A stretch of DNA of 64,000 nucleotides, from assembly GCA_963832955.1 (NCBI GenBank), contig CAWHWC010000001.1, forward strand, positions 89,851 through 153,850, written 5' to 3'. A program made the position numbers and the translations under genes. The DNA comes from an uncultured Actinomycetes bacterium. Its GTDB lineage: Bacteria; Actinomycetota; Thermoleophilia; Gaiellales; JAICJC01. Under the pieces are notes generated by a model. It saw only the letters and a list, made by a program, of their open reading frames with translations, was not told the DNA's origin and made no database searches. Below, piece after piece: positions 54,900-64,000 of the stretch (position 1 is its first letter; each line of letters starts with the position of its first letter).

Positions 54900-56276
54900 T
54901 CAGCCGACGGGCTCGGCTGGGAGCACGAGCGCGAAGCGCGTGAGGCCGTTCGCGGAGTCGACAACGATGGACCCGCCCATGCGCTGAGCCAGCTCGTCGG
55001 CGATGGCGAGGCCGAGCCCGCTCCCGGCCGCGGTCGTCTCCGGCCCGCGCGAGAACCGCTCGAAGAGGTGGTCGCGAACGCGCGGGTCGATCCCCGGCCC
55101 GTCGTCCGAGACGGCGAGGCGGACGATGCCGTTCTCAGACTCCACGGCCACGCGCACGTTCGTGCCGGGCGGCGTGTGCCGGACGGCGTTGTCGAGCAGC
55201 GCGCGCCCGATCTGCTGGACGCGCTCCTCGTCGCCCATGCCCCGCGCCGGCGGGGTCGGCGACCGCGCGAGCACGATCCGGCTGCCGTGCCGTGCGCCGA
55301 GCCCGCGGAACTCGCGCACGAGCATGCGGGCGGCGGCCGACAGGTCGACCGGCTCGCGGGCGAGCCCGACGGCCCCGGAGTCGAGCCGGCTCAGGTCGAG
55401 CAGGTCGCTCGCGAGCTTCGTGAGCCGGCTGACCTGCTCGCGCGTTGACTGCACGAACTCGGCCCGGGTCTGCGGATCGAGGTCCTCCTCGGCGAGGAGC
55501 TCGAGGAATCCCCCAAGCGAGAAGAGCGGCGTGCGAAGCTCGTGCGACGCGTTCGCGATGAAGTCCTTCCGCGCGCGGTCGACCTGCGCGAGCCGGGCCT
55601 GCATGAGGTCGAACGAGCGCGCCACCTGGCCGACCTCGTCGGGCGATTCGTCGCCGATGGGCTGGTCGAAGGTGCCCGCGGCGACACGGCTCGCGGCCTC
55701 CTTGAGGCGCTCGAGCCTGACCGAGATCGCGAGCGCGGCACCCCAGCCGACCACCACGGCAACCGCCATCGCGACGAGGGCGGCGAGGAGGATCTGGCGC
55801 TCGACGAGCGACGCGGCGGCGTTCACGTCGCTCAGGCCCTGCGAGAGGAAGAGCAGTCCGCCCTTCACCGTGAACGCGACGACGACGCCGCCGTTCGCCG
55901 TGCGCCCCCGGGCGACCCCCGATCGCAGCGCGGCCTCGGCGAGCGGGCTCGAGAGCGGCAGGATCGGCGGCGCGAACTCGATCGGCGTGCCCTGACCGCC
56001 GCTCACGTCCAGATAGCCCGGTGACCGTGGCGTTCGCGAGCTTCTGGGTGCGGACGAGCGGGCGCCGCATGTGCTTTCCCGTCTGGCCATCGCGCGCGTG
56101 AGGCCCGGCGCCTCCTGCTGGAGCCGCGCCACCCGCTCCAGCCGGTCGAGCCGGTCGGTGACGAGGTCGTCTCGGAGGCTGGGGACGACGTAGAGGAAGA
56201 GGACGCCCATCGCCGTCGCGACGACGGCGCCGAACATGAGGATCAGCTGGAACCGCAGCGAGCGAGGCGAGGGCAC
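54900..56276 (-). CDS. Sensor histidine kinase (TM-HAMP-HisKA-HATPase); two compensating frameshifts near 56098 and 56027
   Basis: FIANASHELRTPL H-box, N/G boxes (LLDNAVRHT, DDGPGI, GSGLGLAI). A 24-codon stretch reads better in another frame (GQTGKHMRRPLVRTQKLANATVTG). Confidence 0.8.
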   Translation of the reverse strand: MPSPRSLRFQLILMFGAVVATAMGVLFLYVVPSLRDDLVTDRLDRLERVARLQQEAPGLTRAMARRESTCGARSSAPRSSRTPRSPGYLDVSGGQGTPIEFAPPILPLSSPLAEAALRSGVARGRTANGGVVVAFTVKGGLLFLSQGLSDVNAAASLVERQILLAALVAMAVAVVVGWGAALAISVRLERLKEAASRVAAGTFDQPIGDESPDEVGQVARSFDLMQARLAQVDRARKDFIANASHELRTPLFSLGGFLELLAEEDLDPQTRAEFVQSTREQVSRLTKLASDLLDLSRLDSGAVGLAREPVDLSAAARMLVREFRGLGARHGSRIVLARSPTPPARGMGDEERVQQIGRALLDNAVRHTPPGTNVRVAVESENGIVRLAVSDDGPGIDPRVRDHLFERFSRGPETTAAGSGLGLAIADELAQRMGGSIVVDSANGLTRFALVLPAEPVG

Positions 56277-56284
56277 GGGAGGGC

Positions 56285-56986
56285 CTAGGTCATCGTGTCG
56301 CGGAACCGGTACCCGACGCCGCGCACGGTGAAGATGTACGCCGGCTCGCGCGGGTCGGCCTCGATCTTCTCGCGCAGGTGGCGGATGTGGACGTCGATCG
56401 TGCGGGGCTCGCGGTACGCCGAGTCGCCCCAGACCGCTTCGAGCAGCGCCTGCCGGCTGTAGACGCGCCCGGGGTGGCTCGCGAGCGTGTGCAGCACCTC
56501 GAACTCGACGTAGGTGAGCTGCGCCCGCTCGCCGTCGACGGTGACGGCGCGCTTGGCCGGGTCGATCGCGATCGCGCCGGCCTCGATCGTCCCGTCCGTC
56601 GCGCGATCGGCCCTGAGGCCCGCTCGGCGCAGCACCGCGCGGATGCGGCTTCGGAACTCGCGGATCGAGAAGGGCTTCGTGATGTAGTCGTCGGCGCCCA
56701 GCTCGAGCCCGAGCACCTTGTCGACCTCGTCGTCGCGCGCCGTCAGCATGATGATCGGGACGGCCGAGCCGGTTCGGAGCCGGCGGCACACCTCGAGGCC
56801 GTCGAGGCGGGGCAGCATCACGTCGAGCACCACCAGGTCGACGGGCTGCTCGGCGAACCGGCGCAGCGCCTCCTCGCCGTCGCGCGCCTGGACGACCGTG
56901 TAGCCCTCCCGCTCCAGCGGATAGGTCAGGAGCTTCTGGATGGACTCCTCGTCGTCGACCAGCATGATGGTGGCTTCGCCGGTCAT
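56285..56986 (-). CDS. OmpR/PhoB-family response regulator
   Basis: IMLVDDEE...LVVLDVMLPRLDG...DDYITKPF receiver domain, plus winged helix ..LTYVEFEVLHTLA..RTIDVHIRHLREKIE..IFTVRGVGYRF. Confidence 0.9.
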   Translation of the reverse strand: MTGEATIMLVDDEESIQKLLTYPLEREGYTVVQARDGEEALRRFAEQPVDLVVLDVMLPRLDGLEVCRRLRTGSAVPIIMLTARDDEVDKVLGLELGADDYITKPFSIREFRSRIRAVLRRAGLRADRATDGTIEAGAIAIDPAKRAVTVDGERAQLTYVEFEVLHTLASHPGRVYSRQALLEAVWGDSAYREPRTIDVHIRHLREKIEADPREPAYIFTVRGVGYRFRDTMT

Positions 56987-57034
56987 GATCGCGAAGTTTA
57001 GTCCGCCGTTCCGTGTGCTATAACCGCCGCTCCC

Positions 57035-58768
57035 GTGGCGACTCAACCTCGCAGCCGGCGCGGGCGGACGCGTGCCGTCGTGGTTTCGTGGCCGCTGTAC
57101 CGTGTGCTGGCCGGCGCCGCGCTCCTGCCGCCTCTGATCGCGCTCCTGACCCTGCGCCAGCCGGCGATCCCACAGCACCCGCTTCCGCCGCTCGAGTTCG
57201 ACGGCAAGGCCGCAGCCACATCGGCAGCCGCATTCGTGGCCGCCGAGCACGCGACCAACCAGGCGTGCTGCGAGCCTGGGTCGGCCGGGGAGCTGGCCGG
57301 AGCCGACTGGGTGGCGCGGAAGCTCCGCGTGCTCGACAAGGGCCCGTCGCAGGTGGCGTTCGCGGCCCGCGTCCCGGGCGTGTCGGCGCCCGTGGCGATG
57401 TCCAACGTCATCGCCTACCGGCCCGGCCGCTCGCGGCAGATCATCGCCGTCATCGCCCATCGCGACGGCTCGACCGGCGGCGATGCGGCCGGCACCGGCC
57501 TCCTTGTCCAGCTGGCGCGGACGCTTGCGGACATGCCGCCCGATCGCGGGCTCGTGCTGGTCTCGACCGACGGCGGGACCACCGGGGCCCAGGGCGCGGC
57601 CGCCTTCGGCTCGACGTGGGAGCTGCGGTCGCGGATCGTCGCCGCGGTCGTGCTCGACGACGTGGCGGCTCCGACCGGGACGCCGCTCAGGATCGTCGTG
57701 CGTCCCGACACTCCCCAGGGCACGTCGCCGACGGTCTACTCGGTCGTCCGCGACGGCCTCCAGACCTTCTACGGGGTGCCGGCGGGGACACCGGGGTTCT
57801 ACGACCAGCTCTCCGGCTACGCCGTCCCGTATACGTACCAGGAGCAGGGCCCGCTGATCTCCCGTGACATCCCGGCCGTAACGATCACGGCGGGCGCCGC
57901 CGGAGACCACCTCCGCCTGGCCGACCTCGATGCCACCCAGCTCGCACGCGCAGGGGCCGCGACGGCCAACGTCGTCGCCGAGCTCAACTCCGCCGTCACC
58001 ATCGAGCGCGGAGGCGAGCCCGCGCTGTTCCTCTCCGGGAAGGTGCTGCGGGGCTGGTTCGCGGAGGTGACCATCGCGATGCTGCTCGTCCCGTTCGTCG
58101 TGTGCGTGCTCGACGTCGTCGCCCGGCTGCGGCGGCGGCGGATCCCCATCGCACCGGGGATCCGCGCGCTCGGATGGCGGTTCGCGGCGTGGTTCACGAC
58201 CCTCGTCGCGCTGTGGGTCGAGGCGCTCGCGCCGGGCGAGCTCATGCCGAAGTTCGACTCGGCGCCGCTTCGGGGCGAGACCGGCGCGACCACCGCCGGC
58301 ATGCTGCTCGCGGCGGGCGCCGGGCTGCTCGTCTGGCGGTTCGGCGGCCGGCCACGGCTCGTGCGCGAGGGTGGGGTCACCGGCTCCGAGCGCACCGGAG
58401 GCCTGGCCGGCGGGCTCGTCGGCCTGCTCTTCGCCTCGGTGCTCCTCACCGCTGTGGATCCCTTCACGCTGATCGTGCTCCTGCCCGCCGCGCACCTGTG
58501 GCTGTGGATCCCGGCGGCATCACGGCTCGGGCGCCGCGGGATGCTCGCCTGCTACGCGGCCGGCTTCGTCGGGCTCGCGGCGCTCCTCTGGGAGCTCGCC
58601 GGGCCGCAGGGTCTCGGCTCGGACGCGCCGCGGGCATTGGTGGCGATGATCGCGAGCGGCTACCTCTCACCCGTCGTCTCGGTGTGCCTGTGCCTTGCGG
58701 CGGCCGCAGCGGCGCAGATCGGCGCGCTCGTCCTCGGACGATACGGCCCACCGCATCCGCCGGTATAA
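57035..58768 (+). CDS. Membrane protein with M28-peptidase-like ectodomain (catalytic motifs degenerate) and polytopic C-terminal half
   Basis: ..NVIAYRPGRSRQIIAVIAHRDGSTGGDAAGTGLLVQLARTL.. resembles the M28 H-x-D / GA-x-D-D core but is divergent. 6-7 C-terminal TM helices. Confidence 0.5.
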   Translation: MATQPRSRRGRTRAVVVSWPLYRVLAGAALLPPLIALLTLRQPAIPQHPLPPLEFDGKAAATSAAAFVAAEHATNQACCEPGSAGELAGADWVARKLRVLDKGPSQVAFAARVPGVSAPVAMSNVIAYRPGRSRQIIAVIAHRDGSTGGDAAGTGLLVQLARTLADMPPDRGLVLVSTDGGTTGAQGAAAFGSTWELRSRIVAAVVLDDVAAPTGTPLRIVVRPDTPQGTSPTVYSVVRDGLQTFYGVPAGTPGFYDQLSGYAVPYTYQEQGPLISRDIPAVTITAGAAGDHLRLADLDATQLARAGAATANVVAELNSAVTIERGGEPALFLSGKVLRGWFAEVTIAMLLVPFVVCVLDVVARLRRRRIPIAPGIRALGWRFAAWFTTLVALWVEALAPGELMPKFDSAPLRGETGATTAGMLLAAGAGLLVWRFGGRPRLVREGGVTGSERTGGLAGGLVGLLFASVLLTAVDPFTLIVLLPAAHLWLWIPAASRLGRRGMLACYAAGFVGLAALLWELAGPQGLGSDAPRALVAMIASGYLSPVVSVCLCLAAAAAAQIGALVLGRYGPPHPPV

Positions 58769-58776
58769 CTCGGTAC

Positions 58777-59545
58777 ATGGGCACGACGATCCCGGCCGAC
58801 GCCGAGACGCAGGCCGAAGCGACGCCGCGGGCCGGGCGCACGCGCGGGCGCACATGGGCGCACCGCACCGGCACGGTCCTGATCGGGCTGGGAGTCGTGC
58901 TCGTCGCGTACGCGGCGGTGGTCTGGTTCTGGGGCGATCCGATCACGGCGCTCTACGCCGAGCACGAGCAGCACCAGCTCGCGCAGTCGTTCGACCGTGA
59001 GGTGCACGCGTGGCCGACGGCGCCGGTCGGGCCGGATCCGACGGCCGGCATCGCCCACATCCGGGCCGATGCGCACCGGTTCCAGGCCGGGCTCGAGGGC
59101 GGCCACCCGTTCGGCCGGCTCCGGATCCCGCGGCTCGGGCTGAGCGTGATCGTGGTGCAGGGGACCGACTGGCTGAGCGACCTCAGCAAGGGCCCTGGGC
59201 ACTACACGCAGACATCCGTGCCGGGCCTCGGCCGCACGGTCGCCATCGCCGGCCATCGCACCACGTTCGGCGCCTGGTTCCGGCACATCGACTCGCTCCG
59301 GCAACGGCGACCCGATCAGCCTCCAGACGCCGTACGGGACGTTCCGCTACCGGGTGCAGTACCACCGGGTCGTGAAGAGCGACGACTGGGGCATCATCCG
59401 CCCGCAGGGGTATGAGCGGCTCGTCCTCTCGGCCTGCCATCCGCTCTACTCCGCCTCGCACCGCTGGGTCGTGTTCGCGCGCGCCGTCTCCGAGACGCCC
59501 CGCGGCGGCCAGCCGATCACCATCAGCGCCGGCGTCCACCTCTAA
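58777..59545 (+). CDS. Class E sortase; apparent frameshift near 59301
   Basis: TM anchor, ..RIPRLGLSVIVVQG..GPGHYTQTSVPG..VAIAGHRTT.. then in another frame NGDPISLQTPYGTFRYRV..ERLVLSACHP (catalytic Cys) ..RWVVFA. Confidence 0.75.
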
Positions 59546-59678
59546 CGGGCTCCGCGCCGACTGAGCGGATCGGCGGTGCCCCGTCTCGTAGCGTTGGACT
59601 GGAAATGGCGAGCGAAAACCGAGCGGTGCTAGGACGCAGGTGAGCGTCAGTACAGGTAGCGCGCCGCGAGCCGGGGCA

Positions 59679-60859
59679 CTAGATCGGGACGTACTCGACG
59701 AGCGTCCCGGCGGGCACCTCGCCCGTGCCGGCGCCGACCAGCGCGACCGCGTCGGCGCCGGAGGCGTGCACGATCAGGTGCGAGTCCTGCGCGCCGGCCT
59801 GGTCGAGCTCCATGCCGCTCGGGCCCGGGGCGCAGGCGGCAGCGAACGGCGTGGTCGCGGGTCTCGAGACGCGCGATCGGCTGCGCGAGGCGGGCGACCT
59901 GGCGCGGCTCCTGCGGGGCGCCCTGGAGCGCCCGGAGCGCCGGGCGGACGAAGAGCTCGAAGCAGACGAGGCTCGACACGGGGTTCCCCGGCACGCCGAA
60001 GACGAGCGCGCCCGACGGCGCGACCCCGAACCAGAGCGGCTTCCCGGGCTTGTGGGCGACGCGCCAGAAGACCTCGCGGACGCCGAGCGCGTCGAGCGCG
60101 CCCTTCACGTGGTCGTGAGGGCCCACCGAGACGCCGCCGGACGACACGACGACGTCGGCCGAGAGCGCCGCGGCGAACGCCGCCTCGGTCGCCGCGCGAT
60201 CGTCGGGGACGATCTCGGCGGCCACGACCTCGGCGCCCGCACGCGCGGACTGGGCGACGATCGCCGTCAGGTTCGACTCGTAGATCTGACCCGGCGCGAG
60301 CGGCGTCCCCGCCGCTCACGAGCTCGCTTCCCGTCGCGATCGCCGCAATGCGCGGCCGTCGCGAGACGCGCACCCGCGCCGCGCCGACGGCGGCGATCGC
60401 CGCGAGCAGCGCCGGCGTCAGCACCCGTCCCGAGCGGGCGATGACCCGTCCCGATTCCACGTCGCCGCCGGCGGGCCGGATGTGCGCACCGGGCTCGGGG
60501 CGGCCCGCACGGAGGGCGCCCTCGACCTCCTCGGCATCTTCGACCGGAACCACCGCGTCGGCCCCCGGCGGCATGGGGGCGCCCGTGGCGATGCCCGCGA
60601 CCGCGCCCTCCGGAAGCGGCCGCGGCGCGTCTCCGGCGGCCAGCCGGAAGGCGATCGGCACGGGCCCGTCGCCGAGCTCGGCCGCCCGCACCGCGTAGCC
60701 GTCCATCGCCGAGGTCGAGAACGGCGGCAGGCTGACGGCGGCGGCGACGTCGGCGGCAAGCACCCGCCCGGCGAGTGCCGGCGACATGTCGGCCTCCTCG
60801 TCCTCAAGCCGCGGAACGCGCTCGAGGATCTGAGCCAGCGCCTCCTCGGGGCTGATCAC
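59679..60859 (-). CDS. moeA: Molybdopterin molybdenumtransferase MoeA; two apparent frameshifts near 60308 and 59830
   Basis: ..LPPFSTSAMDGYAVRA..ATGAPMPPGADAVVPVE.. / ..PLAPGQIYESNL..VVSSGGVSVGPHDHV..VAHKPGKPLWFG..GVPGNPVSS.. / ..SGMELDQAGAQDSHLI..VEYVPI*. Confidence 0.8.
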
Positions 60860-63014
60860 GGCCGCGTCGTCGTGGGCGGGCCGCCGGTGGTGGTTCCGCC
60901 GGTCGTGCCCGTGCCCGTGCCGGTGCCGCCCGTCGTCGACTTGCCGCCCTTCGTGCTCTTGGGCGGCTTGATCACCGGCAGCGTGAAGTTCGGCGAGTGC
61001 CAGGCTGGAACGTCAGGAAGTGCCTCGGGACGGCCCACGGCGTCGGCGGGAACTTGGCCGGCTCATCGGCAAAGACCGCCGTCGCGAAGCGGTTCCAGAT
61101 CGTGGCCGGGTAGCCGCCGCCGAACGCCGGGCCGGGGATCGGCCCGCCGAGGTCCATCGGCACCTCGCCGCGCGGATAGCCGACCCAGACGCAGGCGGCC
61201 AGGTTCGGGGTGTAGCCGCAGAACCACGCGTCGGTGTGGTCGTCGGTCGTGCCGGTCTTGCCGGCCTGCGGCCGATATGGGGACACGGCGGCGTTCAGGC
61301 CGGTGCAGCAGGAGTGCACGTTGGCATCGAGGAACTTCGTGACGTCGGCGGTGGCGCCGTCCGGGATGACGGCCTTACCCTTGTCCGGCTTGAACTTCGC
61401 AACCCCCGCCGCCGTACCTCTGCGACCTTCGTGACCGCAAGGAGATCGCGGCGGACGCCGTTGGCGGCGATCGTGGAGTACGCGTGCGTCATGTCGAGCG
61501 GCGAGACCGCGCCCGAGCCCAGGATGACCGACGGCGTCGTCGGGAGGTTGTCCGACCTCGGGATGCCGAGCTTGTAGGCCATGTTGGCGACGTTGTAGCC
61601 GCCGATGTCGATCGACAACCGGGCGAAGACCGCGTTCACCGACGCCTCGAGGGCGGAGTCGAGCGGCAGCACGCCGGCCGAGGTCGATTCGGCATTGTTG
61701 ACCGTCCAGAAGTCATTCGGGCCGACCGGGTTCGGGCTGATCGGGTAGTCGTGCAGCGGCGACGTTGCGTACTGGGTCGTGTACGGGTCGATTCCGAAGT
61801 CGACCATCCCGGCCAGGAGGCCGTACGTCTTGAACGTCGACCCGGCCTGGCGCTTCGCGTCGACCGCCAGGTTGAACTTGCTCTGGGAGTAGTCGGTCGA
61901 GGACTGCATCGCCAGGATCTCGCCGGTGCGGGGGTCGATCGCCACCATCGCCGCCGCCGGGGCGTACGAGAAGTTCATCGTGTCCGAGATCGCCTGGCGG
62001 GCGTCCTCCTGGAGCACGGGATCGATCGTCGTCGTGACCGTGAGGCCGCCCCGCTTCACCGCGAACTTGCCGTACTTGTGCTTCAGGAGCTGGCGGACGT
62101 ACTCGACGAAGTACGGCTGGCGGACCCGGGTCGACTTCGTCGGCTTCTGGAGCCCGAGCGGCTTGCCGACCGCCTTGTTGAAGTTCGCAGTCGTGATGTC
62201 GCCCGCCGACAGCATCGCCGCAAGCACCTGATTCCGGCGCGCGAGGGCCGCGGCCGGGTGAAGCCGCGGGTTGTACTCGGTCGGGGACTGCGGCAGGCCC
62301 GCGATCATCGCCGATTGGACGAGGGTGAGATCCTTGCAGTGGGTGTTGAAGAACGCCGCCGCCGCCGCCTCGCATCCGTAGGTGACGGGGCCGTAGGGGA
62401 TCGTGTTCAGGTACGTGGCGAGGATCTTGTTCTTCGACCACTGGTCGGCCATCTGGGTGGCCAGATAGGCCTCGCGCAGCTTCCTGGTGACCGACTGCTC
62501 GTCGGTGAGGTACACGTTTCGCACGAGCTGCTGCTCGATCGTCGAGGCGCCCTGCACGACCCCGCCGGCCGTCACGTCCTCGTACGCGGCGCGGAGCACA
62601 CCCTGGTAGTCGACGCCGCCGTGCTCGTAGAAGCGCTTGTCCTCGACGTCGACCGTCGCCGTCTTGAGCCAGTGGCGACATCTCGCTGTATCTCACCGGC
62701 GTACGGTTCTGGACCGACGGAATGAGCGCCAGCAGGTTCTTGTTACGATCGAGGATCTGCGTCGTCACGCCGGGGTAGTGCGGCTTCAGGGTCGCGAGGT
62801 CGTAGCCCTTGAGGACATCGCTCACGTAGAGCGTCGCCCCGACGCCGCCGGACGCGACGACGGCGCCGAACGCGACGGCGATCACGACCAGCGCCGTGGC
62901 GGCAGCCGACCGGCGTCCGCGCCGGCGCGCGACCGCCCGGCGCCTGCGGCGCCGCGCCGCGACATGCCCGAGCACGTCGTCGTACGCGCGCCGGTTTCGG
63001 ACCGGGCCGCTCAC
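60856..63014 (-). CDS. Class A penicillin-binding protein (GT51 transglycosylase + transpeptidase); three apparent frameshifts near 62676, 61420 and 61003
   Basis: TM anchor. ..VDVEDKRFYEHGGVD..GASTIEQQLVRN (GT51). GSTFK (SxxK). ..AGKTGTTDDHTDAWFCGYTP (KTG). Gly/Thr-rich tail. GTGA overlaps at both ends. Confidence 0.8.
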
Positions 63015-63811
63015 CCCGCCGCCTCCGGCTCGAGCGCCGCCAGCACGCCCTCGTCGTTCAGGCGCGCGAGCGCGCGCTCGCGAAGCCATGCCGCGGTCTG
63101 CACGGCCTGGGTCGCGTCGGCCGTCCAGATCCCCACGGTGAAGACCGCGCCCGATCCCGTCAGCTCGGCGACGCTCACGCCGGGCCCGGGCCGATCGGGG
63201 AGCGCCCCGGGCGCGGCGGCCGCGAGCTCGGACAGCACCTCCCGCACGCGCGTGGCGTCGGCGGTGACCGGCACCGTCACGCGAGCCTGCGCCAGGCTGA
63301 CCGGGTCGATCACGGTCATGTTCGCGATGCGGGAGCTGGCGAGCTCCTCGTTGGGAATCAGCACGCGCCTATTGTCGGGCGTGCGAAGGCGCGTGTATGT
63401 GAGGCCGACGTCCTCGACGATTCCCTCCACGTCCGCGATGGCGACCCTGTCGCCGAGGCGGATTGGCTGATTGACTGCGATCATCACTCCGGCCACGAAG
63501 TTTGCCAGCGTCGAGCGCGCGGCGAACCCAACGACCAGCCCGAGCACGGCGGACGACGCGAGCACGGTCTGGGCGGCGGCCCGCGTCTGGTCGAACGAGA
63601 ACAGGATCGCGATGAGGCCGATGAAGACGATCACCGCCTCGACGGCGCGGCGCAGCAAGCGGTAGCGGGTCTGGAACGCGGCCCGGTCGGCCTCCGGCAG
63701 CCGGGCCGTGATGCGCGTCATGTGCCGCCGGAACACGAGGCGGTCGACGACCACGATCACGACGAACAGCGCGACCAGACCGCCGAGCACGATCTCCAGA
63801 TGGCCGGTCAC
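63011..63811 (-). CDS. mscS: Small-conductance mechanosensitive channel (MscS family)
   Basis: ..VLGLVVGFAARSTLANFVAGVMIAVNQPIRLGDRVAI..VEGIVEDVGLTYTRLRTPDNRRVLIPN.. GTG 63809-63811 in GTGA overlap with the upstream ORF. Confidence 0.8.
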   Translation of the reverse strand: MTGHLEIVLGGLVALFVVIVVVDRLVFRRHMTRITARLPEADRAAFQTRYRLLRRAVEAVIVFIGLIAILFSFDQTRAAAQTVLASSAVLGLVVGFAARSTLANFVAGVMIAVNQPIRLGDRVAIADVEGIVEDVGLTYTRLRTPDNRRVLIPNEELASSRIANMTVIDPVSLAQARVTVPVTADATRVREVLSELAAAAPGALPDRPGPGVSVAELTGSGAVFTVGIWTADATQAVQTAAWLRERALARLNDEGVLAALEPEAAG

Positions 63812-64000
63812 GGCGCAGTTCTCACGTCGTACGTCAGCTCCCCCGAGGCGAAGTCGATCAGGCCCACGGTCTGCACCGGGCCGCCCGGGCGGACGCGACC
63901 CGACACTCTCCACACTAACCGTCCCTTCGCCGTCGCCTCGTCGCTCCCTGCGCCGAGCGGCACACGCCGGTCGGGCACGTAGAGGAGGTCGACCCGCACG
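63808..64000 (-). CDS. 3' end of an unidentified gene (5' end outside window)
   Basis: Open frame to the window edge ending ..GLIDFASGELTYDVRTAP*. 4-nt overlap with the mscS start. No domain recognised. Confidence 0.3.
   Translation of the reverse strand, partial: VRVDLLYVPDRRVPLGAGSDEATAKGRLVWRVSGRVRPGGPVQTVGLIDFASGELTYDVRTAP

Noticed and set aside
56285-58495. 736-aa minus-strand ORF
   Set aside because: Only the C-terminal 233 aa (56285-56986, the response regulator) are genuine. The N-terminal part is antisense to the M28-like membrane protein gene.
60860-60960. Short tandem hexamer-like repeat (gtgccc/gtgccg units) considered as a microsatellite or CRISPR-like repeat
   Set aside because: It is the coding sequence of the Gly/Thr-rich low-complexity tail of the PBP (..TGGTGTGTGTTGGTTTGG..). 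No spacer/repeat architecture is present, and no CRISPR array exists anywhere in the window.
48840-62680. Programmed ribosomal frameshifting as an explanation for the frame switches
   Set aside because: There are too many sites (about 16) in unrelated housekeeping genes. There is no shared slippery heptamer or downstream pseudoknot, and the directions are mixed (+1 and -1). Homopolymer-type indels are the simpler explanation.
1-64000. rRNA, tmRNA, RNase P, transposase/IS and CRISPR features
   Set aside because: No matching conserved sequence blocks, inverted terminal repeats or repeat-spacer arrays were seen on either strand. A covariance-model scan would be needed to exclude small ncRNAs definitively.

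Overview
This is a high-GC (about 70%) Actinomycetota-type chromosome segment. TreT, DUF1015, DUF1385, class E sortase and DivIVA content suggests a Thermoleophilia/Rubrobacteria-like organism, but that is inference only. All calls come from reading the ORF translations and the DNA by eye; no database search was run.

Most of the window is densely packed housekeeping DNA with long co-directional gene chains. Neighbouring genes typically overlap by 4 nt (ATGA/GTGA/TTGA).
- Left part (1-22.3 kb): radical SAM, MBL hydrolase, DUF1028, Mrp/ApbC, IMPase, DUF1015, YhaM-like HD nuclease, YchF, methylmalonyl-CoA epimerase, FtsH-like protease, M20 peptidase, RarA and arginase.
- Right part (39-64 kb): DivIVA, an HD-GYP protein, a DMT transporter and tRNA-Phe.
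- An 8.9 kb overlapping operon runs moaC-moaB-ubiA-ccmABCD-hemA-hemC-cobA/hemD-methyltransferase-DUF62.
- After that come treT-otsA, an OmpR/histidine-kinase pair, sortase E, moeA, a class A PBP and MscS.

Between about 22.6 and 38.7 kb lies a visibly lower-GC3 accessory segment.
- It carries secreted and RTX-like calcium-binding paralogues and an orphan amidase_2.
- It has a divergent pair of giant zinc-ribbon/class III cyclase/P-loop NTPase/TPR proteins, plus a third cyclase relic.
- It has a CPBP intramembrane protease with a tightly coupled 40-aa hydrophobic micro-ORF, and a BNR/sialidase-like exoprotein.
- It has three decayed copies of a small Cys-rich ORF module that I cannot assign to any family.
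- It ends in a 5'-truncated EamA gene.
- I saw no integrase, transposase, CRISPR array or rRNA.

About 20 single-nucleotide frameshifts interrupt otherwise well-conserved genes. They cluster at 48.8-52.1 kb and 56.0-62.7 kb, often at short G/C runs. Assembly indels are the most economical explanation, but real pseudogenisation cannot be excluded from sequence alone.
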